Positions 1 through 9,794 of a DNA stretch of 64,000 nucleotides are shown here, piece after piece. Position 1 is the first letter of the stretch. Each line of letters begins with the position of its first letter. The DNA is from Candidatus Altimarinota bacterium. Its GTDB lineage: Bacteria; Patescibacteriota; Gracilibacteria; CAIRYL01. The DNA is taken from NCBI GenBank assembly GCA_965250085.1, contig OZ252287.1, positions 896,001-960,000 on the forward strand. The letters are read 5' to 3'. The position numbers and the translations under genes are program-made. A model generated the notes under the pieces. It did no database searches and was not told the origin of the DNA. It saw only the letters and a list, made by a program, of their open reading frames with translations.

Positions 1-2
1 AA

Positions 3-287
3 AGAATTTTGCAAGAGGAAAAAATTGATCTGGTGCAAACGTGTGGACCAGAGAAAATGATGAAAGTTGTAGCGGAGACATGTCAGGAAAAAAATATTTC
101 TTGTGAAGTTTCAGTTGAGAGATACATGAAGTGTGGATTTGGTGTGTGCGGACAGTGCGTTGTGGACGGCAGTGGAGAACGTATGTGCATGGAAGGACCT
201 GTTGTCAGTGGCGAGCGAGTGATCAAGGAGTTCACTGACTTTGGAGAATACCATCGGGGAGCAGAAGGGCAAAAAATTCTCTGGTGA
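3..287 (+). CDS. pyrK: Dihydroorotate dehydrogenase electron-transfer subunit, C-terminal part (5' end outside window)
   Basis: TCGPEKMMK and SVERYMKCGFGVCGQC...MCMEGPV 2Fe-2S motif of the PyrK family. Confidence 0.8.
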   Translation, partial: RILQEEKIDLVQTCGPEKMMKVVAETCQEKNISCEVSVERYMKCGFGVCGQCVVDGSGERMCMEGPVVSGERVIKEFTDFGEYHRGAEGQKILW

Positions 288-363
288 TTTTTCGCTCCTG
301 AAAAATAGGCGTATTCTGTATTCATTATTTGTTATTTTCCTTGGAGGACGGTACATTATTTAC

Positions 364-873
364 ATGGAACATTCTCTTTCTGAGCTTGAAACACACACAC
401 TTTTGCTTCCTTCAGGAGAAAAAATATCTCTTACGGGACTCTGTGTTGATTCTGAAAATGGAAAAATCCTTGGCCTGTGTGCTGGAAAAAACTTTTTTGA
501 TACTGACAACATTGTGACACAAGGATCTCTTTGGAAATATCAGGGCAAAGATAAAGGCACTTTTCAGGGCCATGATTGGAGGCGGTTTCGAATCCAAAAC
601 CACAGAGGTGATGCCCGGGGAGTTGTTTCTGAAATGTGGTTTGATGCCGAAACATTCTTTCTCACTAAAATTGAATGCACCCGTACCTTTTTGAAGCTTT
701 TTCCTCAAAAAAGAATATATCGTCTGTCTGACATATTTGAGGTTCTTCCTTCAAAAAAACGTATCATTGTACATGAAGAAAATCGTGCTTTTGGAGGATA
801 CAGGCTTCCTGTGCAAAATTTGAAGCACGTTCCGAGTGTGGGATCTGCTCAGTGCCAAAAAAAAGCCTCTTGA
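364..873 (+). CDS. Hypothetical protein, possibly PRC-barrel-like
   Basis: Open frame with ATG at 364; two GxxxG-V-S/D-x-W/C-F/V-D-x-E-x-G-like segments. Confidence 0.5.
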   Translation: MEHSLSELETHTLLLPSGEKISLTGLCVDSENGKILGLCAGKNFFDTDNIVTQGSLWKYQGKDKGTFQGHDWRRFRIQNHRGDARGVVSEMWFDAETFFLTKIECTRTFLKLFPQKRIYRLSDIFEVLPSKKRIIVHEENRAFGGYRLPVQNLKHVPSVGSAQCQKKAS

Positions 874-892
874 GTATTTCAAGAAGCTTTTT
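860..892. terminator. Likely bidirectional intrinsic terminator
   Basis: AAAAAGCCTCTTGA-GTATT-TCAAGAAGCTTTTT hairpin between convergent genes. Confidence 0.55.
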
Positions 893-930
893 CTGTATTT
901 TTTGTTTTTGTGTGTGGTATATGTTTGATG

Positions 931-1335
931 CTATACAACCGTATCTCCTACTTCTACAAACAGTCGTACGATCGCGAAAGACAGAAGGACGACAATTATT
1001 CCAATACCAGCCCAAATAAGGATTTTCTTTCCCTTTTCGGTATTTTCTTCATTTCCAGCAGAGGTGAGCATGAGGATACCGGCATAAATCACAAAAATTA
1101 CTGCCAGAAGGCCGAGAAATGAAAGAAAGTAATTTACAAATCCAATAATAGCTTCACGAAATCCGCCAGCAATAGCGTCTTCTGGGCGGTCTTCTTGAAA
1201 GAGAAGATCTGCACCAAGATCCGCACTTTGTGCGAGTACATCTGCTTGTGGGATCAGTCCGATACCCATTCCCAGTAAGAGAATTCCAATGCCAATTTTG
1301 ACAATTGCGGTGTGAGAAAAAGAAAGAGTTTTCAT
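931..1335 (-). CDS. TrbC/VirB2-like pilin (CPR type), paralog 1
   Basis: Signal-like N-terminus; NYFLSFLGLLAVIFVIYAGILMLTSAGNEENTEKGKKILIWAGIGIIVVLLSFAIVRL signature. Confidence 0.8.
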   Translation of the reverse strand: MKTLSFSHTAIVKIGIGILLLGMGIGLIPQADVLAQSADLGADLLFQEDRPEDAIAGGFREAIIGFVNYFLSFLGLLAVIFVIYAGILMLTSAGNEENTEKGKKILIWAGIGIIVVLLSFAIVRLFVEVGDTVV

Positions 1336-1458
1336 AGGAAGCAAGAAAAATATTCTTGAAAGTTCAGATCATTATATCAAATTTTCTCTCTTTTTTCAAG
1401 GGAAATATTGACAGATATTTGCTGTATGCAATACTTCCCTTCTGAATTTAATACCCGC

Positions 1459-2486
1459 ATTCTGTGGTGAAGTGCACCACTTGGGATAAAAAGATATTAG
1501 AGATTGTTATAGAAGTCAAAGACATGGGTGGGAGTTCTAAAGCCGAGAACTTTCATGGGAGTGTTGTTAAGAGTATCAACAAAGGATTGTAACTGGTTTT
1601 GAGAGAAATTCTTGAGGTCAGCTTTCTTAGGGACAAATTTTCTAAGTTTTCCAATGGCGTTTTCTACAGAGCCTTTTTGCCAAGAAGAGTAGGGGTCACA
1701 AAAATAAATAGGGATTCTTAAGTCTTTATATCTTGTGTTTTCTACACCGTTGTCCAAGGTAAGTGAGTATGCAGGGAGTTGGTGCAGAATGTCTCCAAAT
1801 CCCTGCATGGATTCTCTGAGCCGAGACACCTTCTTCACGAATATTTTGAGAGTCGTTCTCTAACGATGACAAGAGTTTGTGGGGAAGCTTTCTTGGGTCT
1901 GCCCATGGTATCTCCTTCGTAGTGTCCAAATCTTTTCTTCTGGTTGATATGCTGAGGTCTTTGGGCAATAAACACTCTATCTTTGATGATTTCATGCTTT
2001 GATTTCTTCTTTCTCCGTTTACGCTTCCTATATCTCTTGCGATAAAGAAGAGGACATAGGTCTTGTCCGTGTGCACTGTAGAGATATGTATAGATGGCAT
2101 CTTTCCCAATACGAACTCTCTTCTCCAAGTACAGTACTCCTGCAATCTTCTCTGGTGACCATTTTAACAACATCTTTTCTCGCATATACTTCTCTATCTC
2201 ATCATCCTCACGTACCTTCATTCCTTGGTATTTACTAAATCTTCTTTTGTTCTGTGCTTTTTGATGAGCCTTACACGCATCGTATCCTCCTCTCTTCATC
2301 TTCCGCTTGAGCTCTCTGATGATTGTAGAGTGACTCCTGTTCATCGCTTTGGCTATCGATCTCATCGAATACCCTTTGGAGTGGAGTATTAAGAGTTCTT
2401 GTCTCTCGCTCTTACTGAAGTGTTCATAGTTGTTCATGCACCTAGAGTATTAAATTCTTCCGAGGTGGTGCACTTCAAACTCGAAT
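1459..2486 (-). mobile_element. IS30-family insertion sequence
   Basis: Imperfect 28-bp terminal IRs (1459-1486, 2459-2486; shared core TGAAGTGCACCAC) enclosing IS30 transposase frames; outer limits approximate. Confidence 0.85.
1497..2437 (-). pseudogene. IS30 transposase split by a frameshift near 1835-1845
   Basis: N-part has HTH (SMRSIAKAMNRSHSTIIRELKR), WSPEKIAG, GHYEGDT; C-part in another frame has SLTLDNGVE, YFCDPYSSWQKGSVEN, LNNTPMKVLGFRTP. Confidence 0.85.
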
Positions 2487-2508
2487 TGAGGATAATTATT
2501 TAAGAAAT

Positions 2509-2790
2509 ATGGCTGAATCTTTCCCCATTTCTTTAAATGATACCCGCAACTTCCAAGACAATGATGTCTGTCCTGATGAGGAAACCTTGGCTTTTTTGAT
2601 TGATGGTACAGAATTTCCAGAAGGTGGTCTTCAAGAAGAACGCAAAAGTTCTGAAGCTGTCTGCCATTGGACCCGAGAAAGCCTTGTCAGTCACTTGAAT
2701 GGCTGTGTGAGATGTTCTGAAATTTTTACCGGGACGCAACAATTGTTGGAAGACATTCTCGAAGAATCCTTCTCGGAAACTGGCGTATAG
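2509..2790 (+). CDS. Small hypothetical protein with anti-sigma-like zinc motif
   Basis: CPDEETLAFLIDG...HLNGCVRC fits the zf-HC2 HxxxCxxC pattern. Confidence 0.55.
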   Translation: MAESFPISLNDTRNFQDNDVCPDEETLAFLIDGTEFPEGGLQEERKSSEAVCHWTRESLVSHLNGCVRCSEIFTGTQQLLEDILEESFSETGV

Positions 2791-2839
2791 TCAGTTCTTC
2801 ATGTTTCCAGAACGTGGAAAGATTTTTCTGCACACAAAT

Positions 2840-4024
2840 TTAAGATTCAAAATTCAAGTTGACCCTGAGCACGCGACGCGAACCACGATCTTCATGCCCA
2901 GCGTCAGGACTAGCCTCACCCGAATACATGTACCCATAGTGACAACCGGCATTTCGAGCACGCGAAGGATTTTTTCCACTTTCCACCCATATACTCATTT
3001 TTCTCTCAAACTGTTCTTCATTATTTACACGCTTATATTCACTTTTCAGATCAATAAGGCCTCGTTCTGAAAGAACTTGTACTCCATCAAGTATTTCAGT
3101 GGCATCACCTTTTACGACCACAGTTCTACCATCAGTATTGACATACGATATTCTCGTTGCCTGAGATCGAGCAGTATAGTAATTAAATCCCAAGGTTTCT
3201 TCAGGTGGTTCGGCACATCCATCTCCGACAACAAGTTGTCCCTCTTTATTGAGAAAATAAACCTGAGCTTGTTCCAGAGATTCCACGCCTGACAAAAAAT
3301 CAGGCATATTAGGGATAGCTCCTGCAATTTCTTCCCATGTTTTCAGTTGTCCTTTATATGTGCGATCTGCTTTAGAAAGGGCTTCATATTGCCTTGAAAG
3401 TGACACAAGTCTTGGGTCTTCAGGCAGAATATCTTCATCTTTTTCCACAGAATTTTCTCCAATACGAGCCTTTGCAATATCTTCACGAATGCTATGGACC
3501 ATAGCTTCGAAGAGAGCTGGTCCTTCTAAAATTGTATCTATCTTTCTTCCAAGCCATTCAAGATTGTGGGCGAACAGGTCGAGTTTTTCGGCTGCTTCTC
3601 CCGGCAAAGGTGAAAATCCTAAGAGTGTTGTGGGGTTATCGTGGTCATAATCAGCATATTGAGTATATTCACTTGATGATGATTGAAGATCCAGTGTCAT
3701 TCGAAAAAAGAAATCCCCTCTGCAATTTTTGATTACTGTTTCAAAAGGGGTTGATTCTTCTGGCGGAGAATCGTGTGAAAATGATTCGAATTGTCTTAAT
3801 TCCTCTAGTGCTTGAGCATGAGTAGCCATCATGCAGGATACAATTTGCTGTGTAATAGTGTCATACGAAGGTTCTTCTGGGGATGTTCCGAGTATTCCAA
3901 ATGTATATCCTGCAAGAGGGAGTGATCGTAAAAATTGCGAAATGACCTCTTCTATTTGTTGTCGCTCTTGATCTGGTGAAAGCGTTGGCGTTGCTGCTTG
4001 TACTGGAAGAATTTCTGTTGTCAT
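2840..4024 (-). CDS. Hypothetical protein with DUF4256/C-type-lectin-like C-terminus (possible DGR target)
   Basis: 394-aa ORF; C-terminal SIWVESG...ARNA...RGSRRVLRV resembles CLec-fold variable-protein ends. Confidence 0.6.
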   Translation of the reverse strand: MTTEILPVQAATPTLSPDQERQQIEEVISQFLRSLPLAGYTFGILGTSPEEPSYDTITQQIVSCMMATHAQALEELRQFESFSHDSPPEESTPFETVIKNCRGDFFFRMTLDLQSSSSEYTQYADYDHDNPTTLLGFSPLPGEAAEKLDLFAHNLEWLGRKIDTILEGPALFEAMVHSIREDIAKARIGENSVEKDEDILPEDPRLVSLSRQYEALSKADRTYKGQLKTWEEIAGAIPNMPDFLSGVESLEQAQVYFLNKEGQLVVGDGCAEPPEETLGFNYYTARSQATRISYVNTDGRTVVVKGDATEILDGVQVLSERGLIDLKSEYKRVNNEEQFERKMSIWVESGKNPSRARNAGCHYGYMYSGEASPDAGHEDRGSRRVLRVNLNFES

Positions 4025-4095
4025 GTGTATTGTAAAAAATGCACCGTAGCGGCATATTACTCCTTTTTTTCATTTTGTCAATCAGTTCCCTGTCC

Positions 4096-4128
4096 AAAAA
4101 AAGACCCACTTTTACGCTGGGTCTTTTT
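4096..4128 (-). terminator. Intrinsic terminator of pilin paralog 2
   Basis: AAAAAAAGACCCA-CTTTTACGC-TGGGTCTTTTT hairpin just downstream of the pilin stop. Confidence 0.7.
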
Positions 4129-4151
4129 ATTTTCGCAAAATACAAAACTCG

Positions 4152-4538
4152 TTACACCGCTACCGCATCTCCTGCTCCTATAAAGAGTCGTACAATTGAG
4201 TATGAGAGCAGAATAATAATAATTCCTGCTCCTGCCCAAAGGAGAATCTTTTTTCCTTTTTCGGTGCTTTCTTCATTGCCCCCAGAGGTCACCATGAGGA
4301 CTCCCGCATAGATTACAAATACCACGGCAATGAGTCCTAGGAAGGTCAAAAAATAGTTAATAAAACTCACGACAGAATTTCTGAAGTCTCCGCCGGTCAC
4401 ATCTCTTGGCTTGTCTCCATCGCCTATGAGCTGTGCAGCCACATCTGCCTGAGGAATAAATCCCAAAAGGAGCCCTGCTGCAAGGAGAGTAAAGGCGATA
4501 TACCAAAATGTTTTATGGGAAAATACTCGTGCTTTCAT
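4152..4538 (-). CDS. TrbC/VirB2-like pilin (CPR type), paralog 2
   Basis: NYFLTFLGLIAVVFVIYAGVLMVTSGGNEESTEKGKKILLWAG; clearly homologous to 931-1335. Confidence 0.8.
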   Translation of the reverse strand: MKARVFSHKTFWYIAFTLLAAGLLLGFIPQADVAAQLIGDGDKPRDVTGGDFRNSVVSFINYFLTFLGLIAVVFVIYAGVLMVTSGGNEESTEKGKKILLWAGAGIIIILLSYSIVRLFIGAGDAVAV

Positions 4539-4613
4539 AGGAAAAAGGGGAAAAAGAATTGTATCAACACCCTGATTGTAGACTTATCTTTCTGAGAAAT
4601 GCAAATGTTCTTT

Positions 4614-5486
4614 TTAGATTTCCACCAGCTTGAGGCCCACTGTTCCGAGCGAAATAACGCCAATTCCCATCCATTGCCATATGTTGAGTCTCTCGTTATA
4701 GAGGAAGTGAGAAAGGATTGTGGTGACCACAATGCCAGCAACTCCTATTGCTCCAACGATGCCCATAGGTCCCATGGTTCCAGCAAGTGTCAGTGCTCCC
4801 GTTCCGAGAAGTGTACTGCTGGAGATGAAAACAATTATCAGGAGTGTTTTGCGCGGAATCCGCTCTACTTTTTTTCCGGTAACAAGGTAGCGAGCAAATC
4901 CTAAAATAAGAACTGCAAATCCGATAAAAAGTTCCCAAAAGTATCCGGCGGCGAGTGGATTGGTTTGTCTGGCTACCGTCATGACCAAAAAAAATGCAAC
5001 ACTGCCAAATGCTGTTGAACCAAGCGCATACCACAGCCCGTGCCTTGTTCTCTTGTCTAAGTGAGACATGTGATGCTTTTGGAGAGAAAGATATGCCACT
5101 CCCGCCATAATCATCAGGGCAAACAAAAATTCTTTTAAAGAAACTGTTTCTTGTAAAAAAAGATATGCCCACAGAAAGATAAGAACCACGCGGCCACTCC
5201 CAATAGCAGTTGAAATCCCTACTGGTAAAAATCTTTGTGAGAGAAATCCTAAAAAAAGCGCTATTCCCCCCGTAGAAGCGGAAGCCGCGAGTATCGGCCA
5301 CGCAGCGAGTGTGCGGAATGTTTCTCCTTTTCCCACAAAAAAAATCAAAGGAAGCATGGTAATCCCCAAAGAAAGATTGCGATATATCGCGAGGGAAAGT
5401 GCGTCCATACTGCGTGCGTACTTTGTCAGAAAGACAAATTGTACTGAATACGACAACATGGAAAGAACAGAGAGAAAGAAAAACAT
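4614..5486 (-). CDS. DMT/EamA-family transporter
   Basis: 290 aa, about 10 hydrophobic helices in two repeats, FLQETVS and LYNERL end-of-repeat motifs. Confidence 0.8.
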   Translation of the reverse strand: MFFFLSVLSMLSYSVQFVFLTKYARSMDALSLAIYRNLSLGITMLPLIFFVGKGETFRTLAAWPILAASASTGGIALFLGFLSQRFLPVGISTAIGSGRVVLIFLWAYLFLQETVSLKEFLFALMIMAGVAYLSLQKHHMSHLDKRTRHGLWYALGSTAFGSVAFFLVMTVARQTNPLAAGYFWELFIGFAVLILGFARYLVTGKKVERIPRKTLLIIVFISSSTLLGTGALTLAGTMGPMGIVGAIGVAGIVVTTILSHFLYNERLNIWQWMGIGVISLGTVGLKLVEI

Positions 5487-5570
5487 GGAAAAAATTATGA
5501 ATTATAAATTTTGAATTCTAAATGAAACGAAGGACGAATGACTAATAGCCAGTAACGAAGCGCATATTTA

Positions 5571-6248
5571 TTACAACGTCCAATCGATGGGCTCTTTGCT
5601 CTGGGCTTTCAAAATATCATTGGTCTTGGAAAAGTGTTTGCATCCAAAAAACCCATTGTGTGCTGAAAGAGGGGAAGGATGTGCCGCGCTCAGAACAAAG
5701 TGTTTTGATGTGTCTATGACTTTTCCTTTGTCTTGTGCGTACTTGCCCCAAAGAAGAAACACAATGCCTTCTTTTTCTTCTGATAAACGCCGTATGACAC
5801 TATCGGTAAATTCTTCCCATCCTTTTCCCTGATGTGAAGCTGCTTGATGTGCTTCAACTGTCAGGATTGCATTAAGAAGCAGTACTCCCTGGTCTGCCCA
5901 TTTTTGCAAATCTCCAGTTTTTGGGAGAGGAATACCGAGGTCTTCTTGTCTTTCCAGAAAAATATTTTTCAGAGAAGGTGGAAGTGGGACATCCCGTCCT
6001 ACAGAAAAACAAAGCCCGTTTGCCTGTCCTGGTCCATGATATGGATCTTGTCCCAGAATTACTACTCGTACTTTGTCAAAAGCCGCATGATGAAAGGCGG
6101 CAAAAATATTTCTTGGTGACGGATAGAGTGTTTTTTTCTTCGTAATTTCTTGTATCAGAAATTTTTTAAGGGTTGCAAAGTATTCTTTTTGAAATTCGTT
6201 TTCTAATGCTTTTTTCCAGCCGTCCTCTATGTTTGGATTGACTTCCAT
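5571..6248 (-). CDS. ung: Uracil-DNA glycosylase (family 1)
   Basis: VVILGQDPYHG, GLCFS, GVLLLN, HPSPLS motifs. Confidence 0.97.
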   Translation of the reverse strand: MEVNPNIEDGWKKALENEFQKEYFATLKKFLIQEITKKKTLYPSPRNIFAAFHHAAFDKVRVVILGQDPYHGPGQANGLCFSVGRDVPLPPSLKNIFLERQEDLGIPLPKTGDLQKWADQGVLLLNAILTVEAHQAASHQGKGWEEFTDSVIRRLSEEKEGIVFLLWGKYAQDKGKVIDTSKHFVLSAAHPSPLSAHNGFFGCKHFSKTNDILKAQSKEPIDWTL

Positions 6249-6389
6249 GTAGAAAAATTGAAACAAACGAGAGTATACGAATGCCCTCGCAAAAAGTCCA
6301 AGTCTTATTTGCTTTGAGCCTCATCCTTTACTTTTCCGCTCTCGTCGTAGAATATGGGATATAGGAAGCTATATTTTTAAGAAGCGCCG

Positions 6390-7382
6390 ATGAATGATGC
6401 ACGCAAAACGTTTCGGAGCAAAATGTGGGATGTTCTCAGTCATCCTCAAAAACAGAATCCCGATAAAAAAGATGCGCTAAAAACACATCTTTGGGATGCT
6501 ATGGAGCATGGTCGAGGAGGGCTTGGACACTTTGTGAACACCTTTACATTTTTTCTCATTATTCTTTCGCTTGTCATTCTTCCTCTTGAGCTTATTCCTG
6601 CTCTTGAGAAATATCATATTTTTGCAGAAATTATTGAAATTTTTATTACTGCAGTTTTTACTGTCGAATACGCACTGCTGATCTACTCAGCCCCAAAAAA
6701 ATGGCATTATATTCTTTCCTGGTGGGGCATTATCGATCTGCTTTCCATCTTGCCGTATTATATTTCTCTCGCAAAAGTGAATTCTCAGGTTTTCCGATTT
6801 GTTCGCTTGCTCCGCGTTATCCGTATTTTGAAGATTGCACATATGAAGTCTGAAGAAGAAGTGGTTGATACTGTTCAAAAAAAATCAGAAAAGTTTCTTT
6901 CCCTTATGGATGGGGAATTTATTGAGAGAGTAGTAATGCAACATCCTTTTTTTCTTATTATTGGTCTCTTTGTTCCCCTGCTCTTAGGTGGTGGTGGAGT
7001 CTTGGTTCTGGCACTTGGAAACTTCCATCAAATCGCTCTCACTATTGGTTCCGTACTCTTTGCCTTTATGTTGTTGTTTCTTTATAAGGCATGGCTCGAC
7101 TATCACTATGATGTCATGTATATAACCAATAGGCGTATTATTTTTCAGAATGAACATATTTTCGGTCGCAGTCACAGCAATGTAGAGTTTCGAGATATTA
7201 CCAATATTCATCCTTCTCGCAGAGGCTTGTTTGCCTTTCTTCTTGGGTATGGTTCCCTTGTTCTCGAAACATCTTCCGATCAGAGCATCATTGAACACAA
7301 AAACATTCGCAAGCACCAGGAGGTTGCCAAATGCATCCATGAAAAATGTCATCTGCACAAAGGCACCATAAAGAATGGATAA
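6390..7382 (+). CDS. Voltage-sensor (S1-S4) domain fused to membrane-anchored bacterial PH domain
   Basis: FTVEY (S2), IIDLLSILPYY (S3), RFVRLLRVIRILK (S4); then 2 TM and YITNRRII...LLGYGSLVLET (bPH_2-like). Confidence 0.75.
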   Translation: MNDARKTFRSKMWDVLSHPQKQNPDKKDALKTHLWDAMEHGRGGLGHFVNTFTFFLIILSLVILPLELIPALEKYHIFAEIIEIFITAVFTVEYALLIYSAPKKWHYILSWWGIIDLLSILPYYISLAKVNSQVFRFVRLLRVIRILKIAHMKSEEEVVDTVQKKSEKFLSLMDGEFIERVVMQHPFFLIIGLFVPLLLGGGGVLVLALGNFHQIALTIGSVLFAFMLLFLYKAWLDYHYDVMYITNRRIIFQNEHIFGRSHSNVEFRDITNIHPSRRGLFAFLLGYGSLVLETSSDQSIIEHKNIRKHQEVAKCIHEKCHLHKGTIKNG

Positions 7383-7507
7383 TTCCTCCATGGAGAATTG
7401 CGACATATCTTTCGTTCCTTCGTTAGAATTTTGGGGATTATTTTTTCCTGCTTGCTTTGTGGGAGATTCTTTAAAAAAATTGATGTCGCAATTTGTCTTT
7501 TGTTTTT

Positions 7508-7954
7508 TTATGTATCTGCTTCTTTTTTGGGAGGGAGAAAGGGAATGATTTCTTTCTGTAAAAAAAGATTGGTCATGAGCTGTATGTTGTTCTTTCGGGC
7601 AAATTCGCGCATTTCAAATGTGTCACATTTTATCTCACACCATATGCGAAAAATCCCTAAATCTCTCATTTCTTTCAACACTGCAAGCCCTAAGTATGGG
7701 TCTTTTTGTTTTAAGGCAGTATATATAACCACGTCTGGAAAGCGCTTTTTTTTTGCCATTTTTGTAAGATTCGGAAAACAGGGGTCTCCTTGCAGCACTT
7801 TTTCTTCGGCATTGACCGGAGTGACCTTCTGCCATTCGTCTTTCAAAAACATATAGATATCAAATCCTGGTTCTTTTTTATTGTTAGAAGCTCCCACTAC
7901 AGCAAAATGGAATTCTGTTTGAAAAAAATCTTTCGGATCGAAGTATAAAGACAT
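7508..7954 (-). CDS. CoA-binding protein (YccU-like)
   Basis: FAVVGASNNKKEPG, VTPVN, GDPCFPNL motifs. Confidence 0.8.
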   Translation of the reverse strand: MSLYFDPKDFFQTEFHFAVVGASNNKKEPGFDIYMFLKDEWQKVTPVNAEEKVLQGDPCFPNLTKMAKKKRFPDVVIYTALKQKDPYLGLAVLKEMRDLGIFRIWCEIKCDTFEMREFARKNNIQLMTNLFLQKEIIPFLPPKKEADT

Positions 7955-7960
7955 GACACA

Positions 7961-9574
7961 TTACGAAGAAATGGCTGCTTTCAGGAATGCGTTAAAAAGT
8001 GGATGTGGTCTATTGGGACGAGACTTGAACTCTGGGTGAAATTGCGATCCCAACATAAAGGGATGTGTTTTTATCTCGACTATTTCAACAAGATTTCCAT
8101 CTGGCGAATCTCCGGAGATATAAAATCCATTTTTTTGAAGAATCTCTCTGTAGTCATTATTAAATTCATATCGATGTCGATGTCGCTCTGAGATGTTTCG
8201 TTTTTTATATGCTTTATACGCCTTTGTCCCTTTTTTCAGGACACATGGCCACGCTCCAAGGCGCAATGTTCCTCCTTTTGCTTTTTGATCGCTTTGTCCA
8301 GGGAGAAAATGAATGATTTGATGCTTTGCTGTGGCGTCAAACTCTTCTGATGTTGCACCTTGAAGTCCGCACACATTCTTTGCAAACTCAATTCCCATTA
8401 TCTGTGCGCCTAAACAAAGCCCCAGATACGGGATGTTGTTTTCTCGTGCATATTTTGCCACAAGAATTTTTCCTTCGGTCCCTCTTTTTCCAAAACCTCC
8501 TGGGACGCAAATCCCATCGCATTTTTTGAGCGTTTTCCATTCTGTCTTATTCTTTTTTTCAAGTTTTTCAGTATCTATCCAGAGAATACTTGCTTTTCGC
8601 TTGTTGGCAAATGCTGCAGATTTTATCGCTTCTATAACCGAGAGATATGCATCATCTAGTTCATTATATTTTCCACAAAGTCCAATGCGTATCTCTTGTG
8701 ATGTCTTCTGAATATTGTGGAGCATTTTACGCCACTCTGTAAGCCTTGGATGTATTTGTTTCAAGTTCATTTTTTTCTCTAATACCTTCGTTATCCCATA
8801 TTCCTGCAAGCAAATGGGGACTTCGTAGATACTTTGTACTGTTTGTGCTGGGATTACCGCCTCTTCTTCTACACTACAAAATTGCGATATTTTTTGCAGT
8901 AGCTCTTTTGGAATTATGCGATCAGCTCGACAAATAATTATATCCGGCTGAATTCCTGCTTTTCTTACCTCTCGCACTGAGAGTTGAGTTGGTTTTGTTT
9001 TGAGTTCTCCAGCCGCCTCAAGGTATGGCAGCAATGTGAGATGGACAGAGATAACATTTTCTCCTCCTTTTCGCATGCGCATTTGCCTGATTGCTTCAAG
9101 GAATGGCTCTCCTTCTATATCTCCTACGGTTCCTCCTATTTCGGCAATAATAATTTCAGCATTCGCCTTTTCGGCGGCCTGTTCTACCTTTTCTTGAATT
9201 GCATCAGTAATGTGCGGCACCACTTGAATGGTTCTCCCCAAAAAATCACCCTTTCGTTCTTTTTCCAGAACTTCTGAATACACTCTTCCGGTTGTAACTG
9301 TTGAGTATCCTGCCAAGTTTTCGTCAATAAAGCGCTCGTAATGTCCGAGATCCAAGTCTGTTTCGGCTCCGTCATCTGTCACAAAAACTTCTCCGTGTTG
9401 AAAAGGTGACATTGTGCCTGGGTCAACATTTAAATAGGGGTCCAGTTTTTGAATAGATACACGAAATCCGGCCCTTTTGAGAAGCATCGCAATAGAAGCT
9501 GATGCGATTCCCTTCCCTAAGGAAGAGCATACTCCACCAGTAACAAATACATATTTTCGAAGTTTTGCAGGCAT
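7961..9574 (-). CDS. pyrG: CTP synthase
   Basis: YVFVTGGVCSSLGKG, KLDPYLNVDPGTMSPFQHGEVF, GLCLG, ERHRHRYE, QFHPEF. Confidence 0.99.
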   Translation of the reverse strand: MPAKLRKYVFVTGGVCSSLGKGIASASIAMLLKRAGFRVSIQKLDPYLNVDPGTMSPFQHGEVFVTDDGAETDLDLGHYERFIDENLAGYSTVTTGRVYSEVLEKERKGDFLGRTIQVVPHITDAIQEKVEQAAEKANAEIIIAEIGGTVGDIEGEPFLEAIRQMRMRKGGENVISVHLTLLPYLEAAGELKTKPTQLSVREVRKAGIQPDIIICRADRIIPKELLQKISQFCSVEEEAVIPAQTVQSIYEVPICLQEYGITKVLEKKMNLKQIHPRLTEWRKMLHNIQKTSQEIRIGLCGKYNELDDAYLSVIEAIKSAAFANKRKASILWIDTEKLEKKNKTEWKTLKKCDGICVPGGFGKRGTEGKILVAKYARENNIPYLGLCLGAQIMGIEFAKNVCGLQGATSEEFDATAKHQIIHFLPGQSDQKAKGGTLRLGAWPCVLKKGTKAYKAYKKRNISERHRHRYEFNNDYREILQKNGFYISGDSPDGNLVEIVEIKTHPFMLGSQFHPEFKSRPNRPHPLFNAFLKAAISS

Positions 9575-9794
9575 TGAAAAAAAAAACGTCGGCCCTCGCC
9601 TGACGATCCGAGTATACGGATTTTTTGACGGAGGGCAAGAATATTTTTTCCGTGAATCGATTTTTATTGTGTTTTTCTGCTCTTTAGAAACCTTTCCGAA
9701 ATCCTGAAAAGAACCTCTTTTTTTTTTCCAAAAACGAACCCTTTGTTCTCTTCAGAGATATTCCGATACAATGTCACTACGATTTTGGTGTGCA

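Noticed and set aside
9577-9650. pyrG leader attenuator
   Set aside because: Some pairing is possible (GCCCTC/GAGGGC, ATCCG/CGGAT) but I could not place a promoter or terminator convincingly
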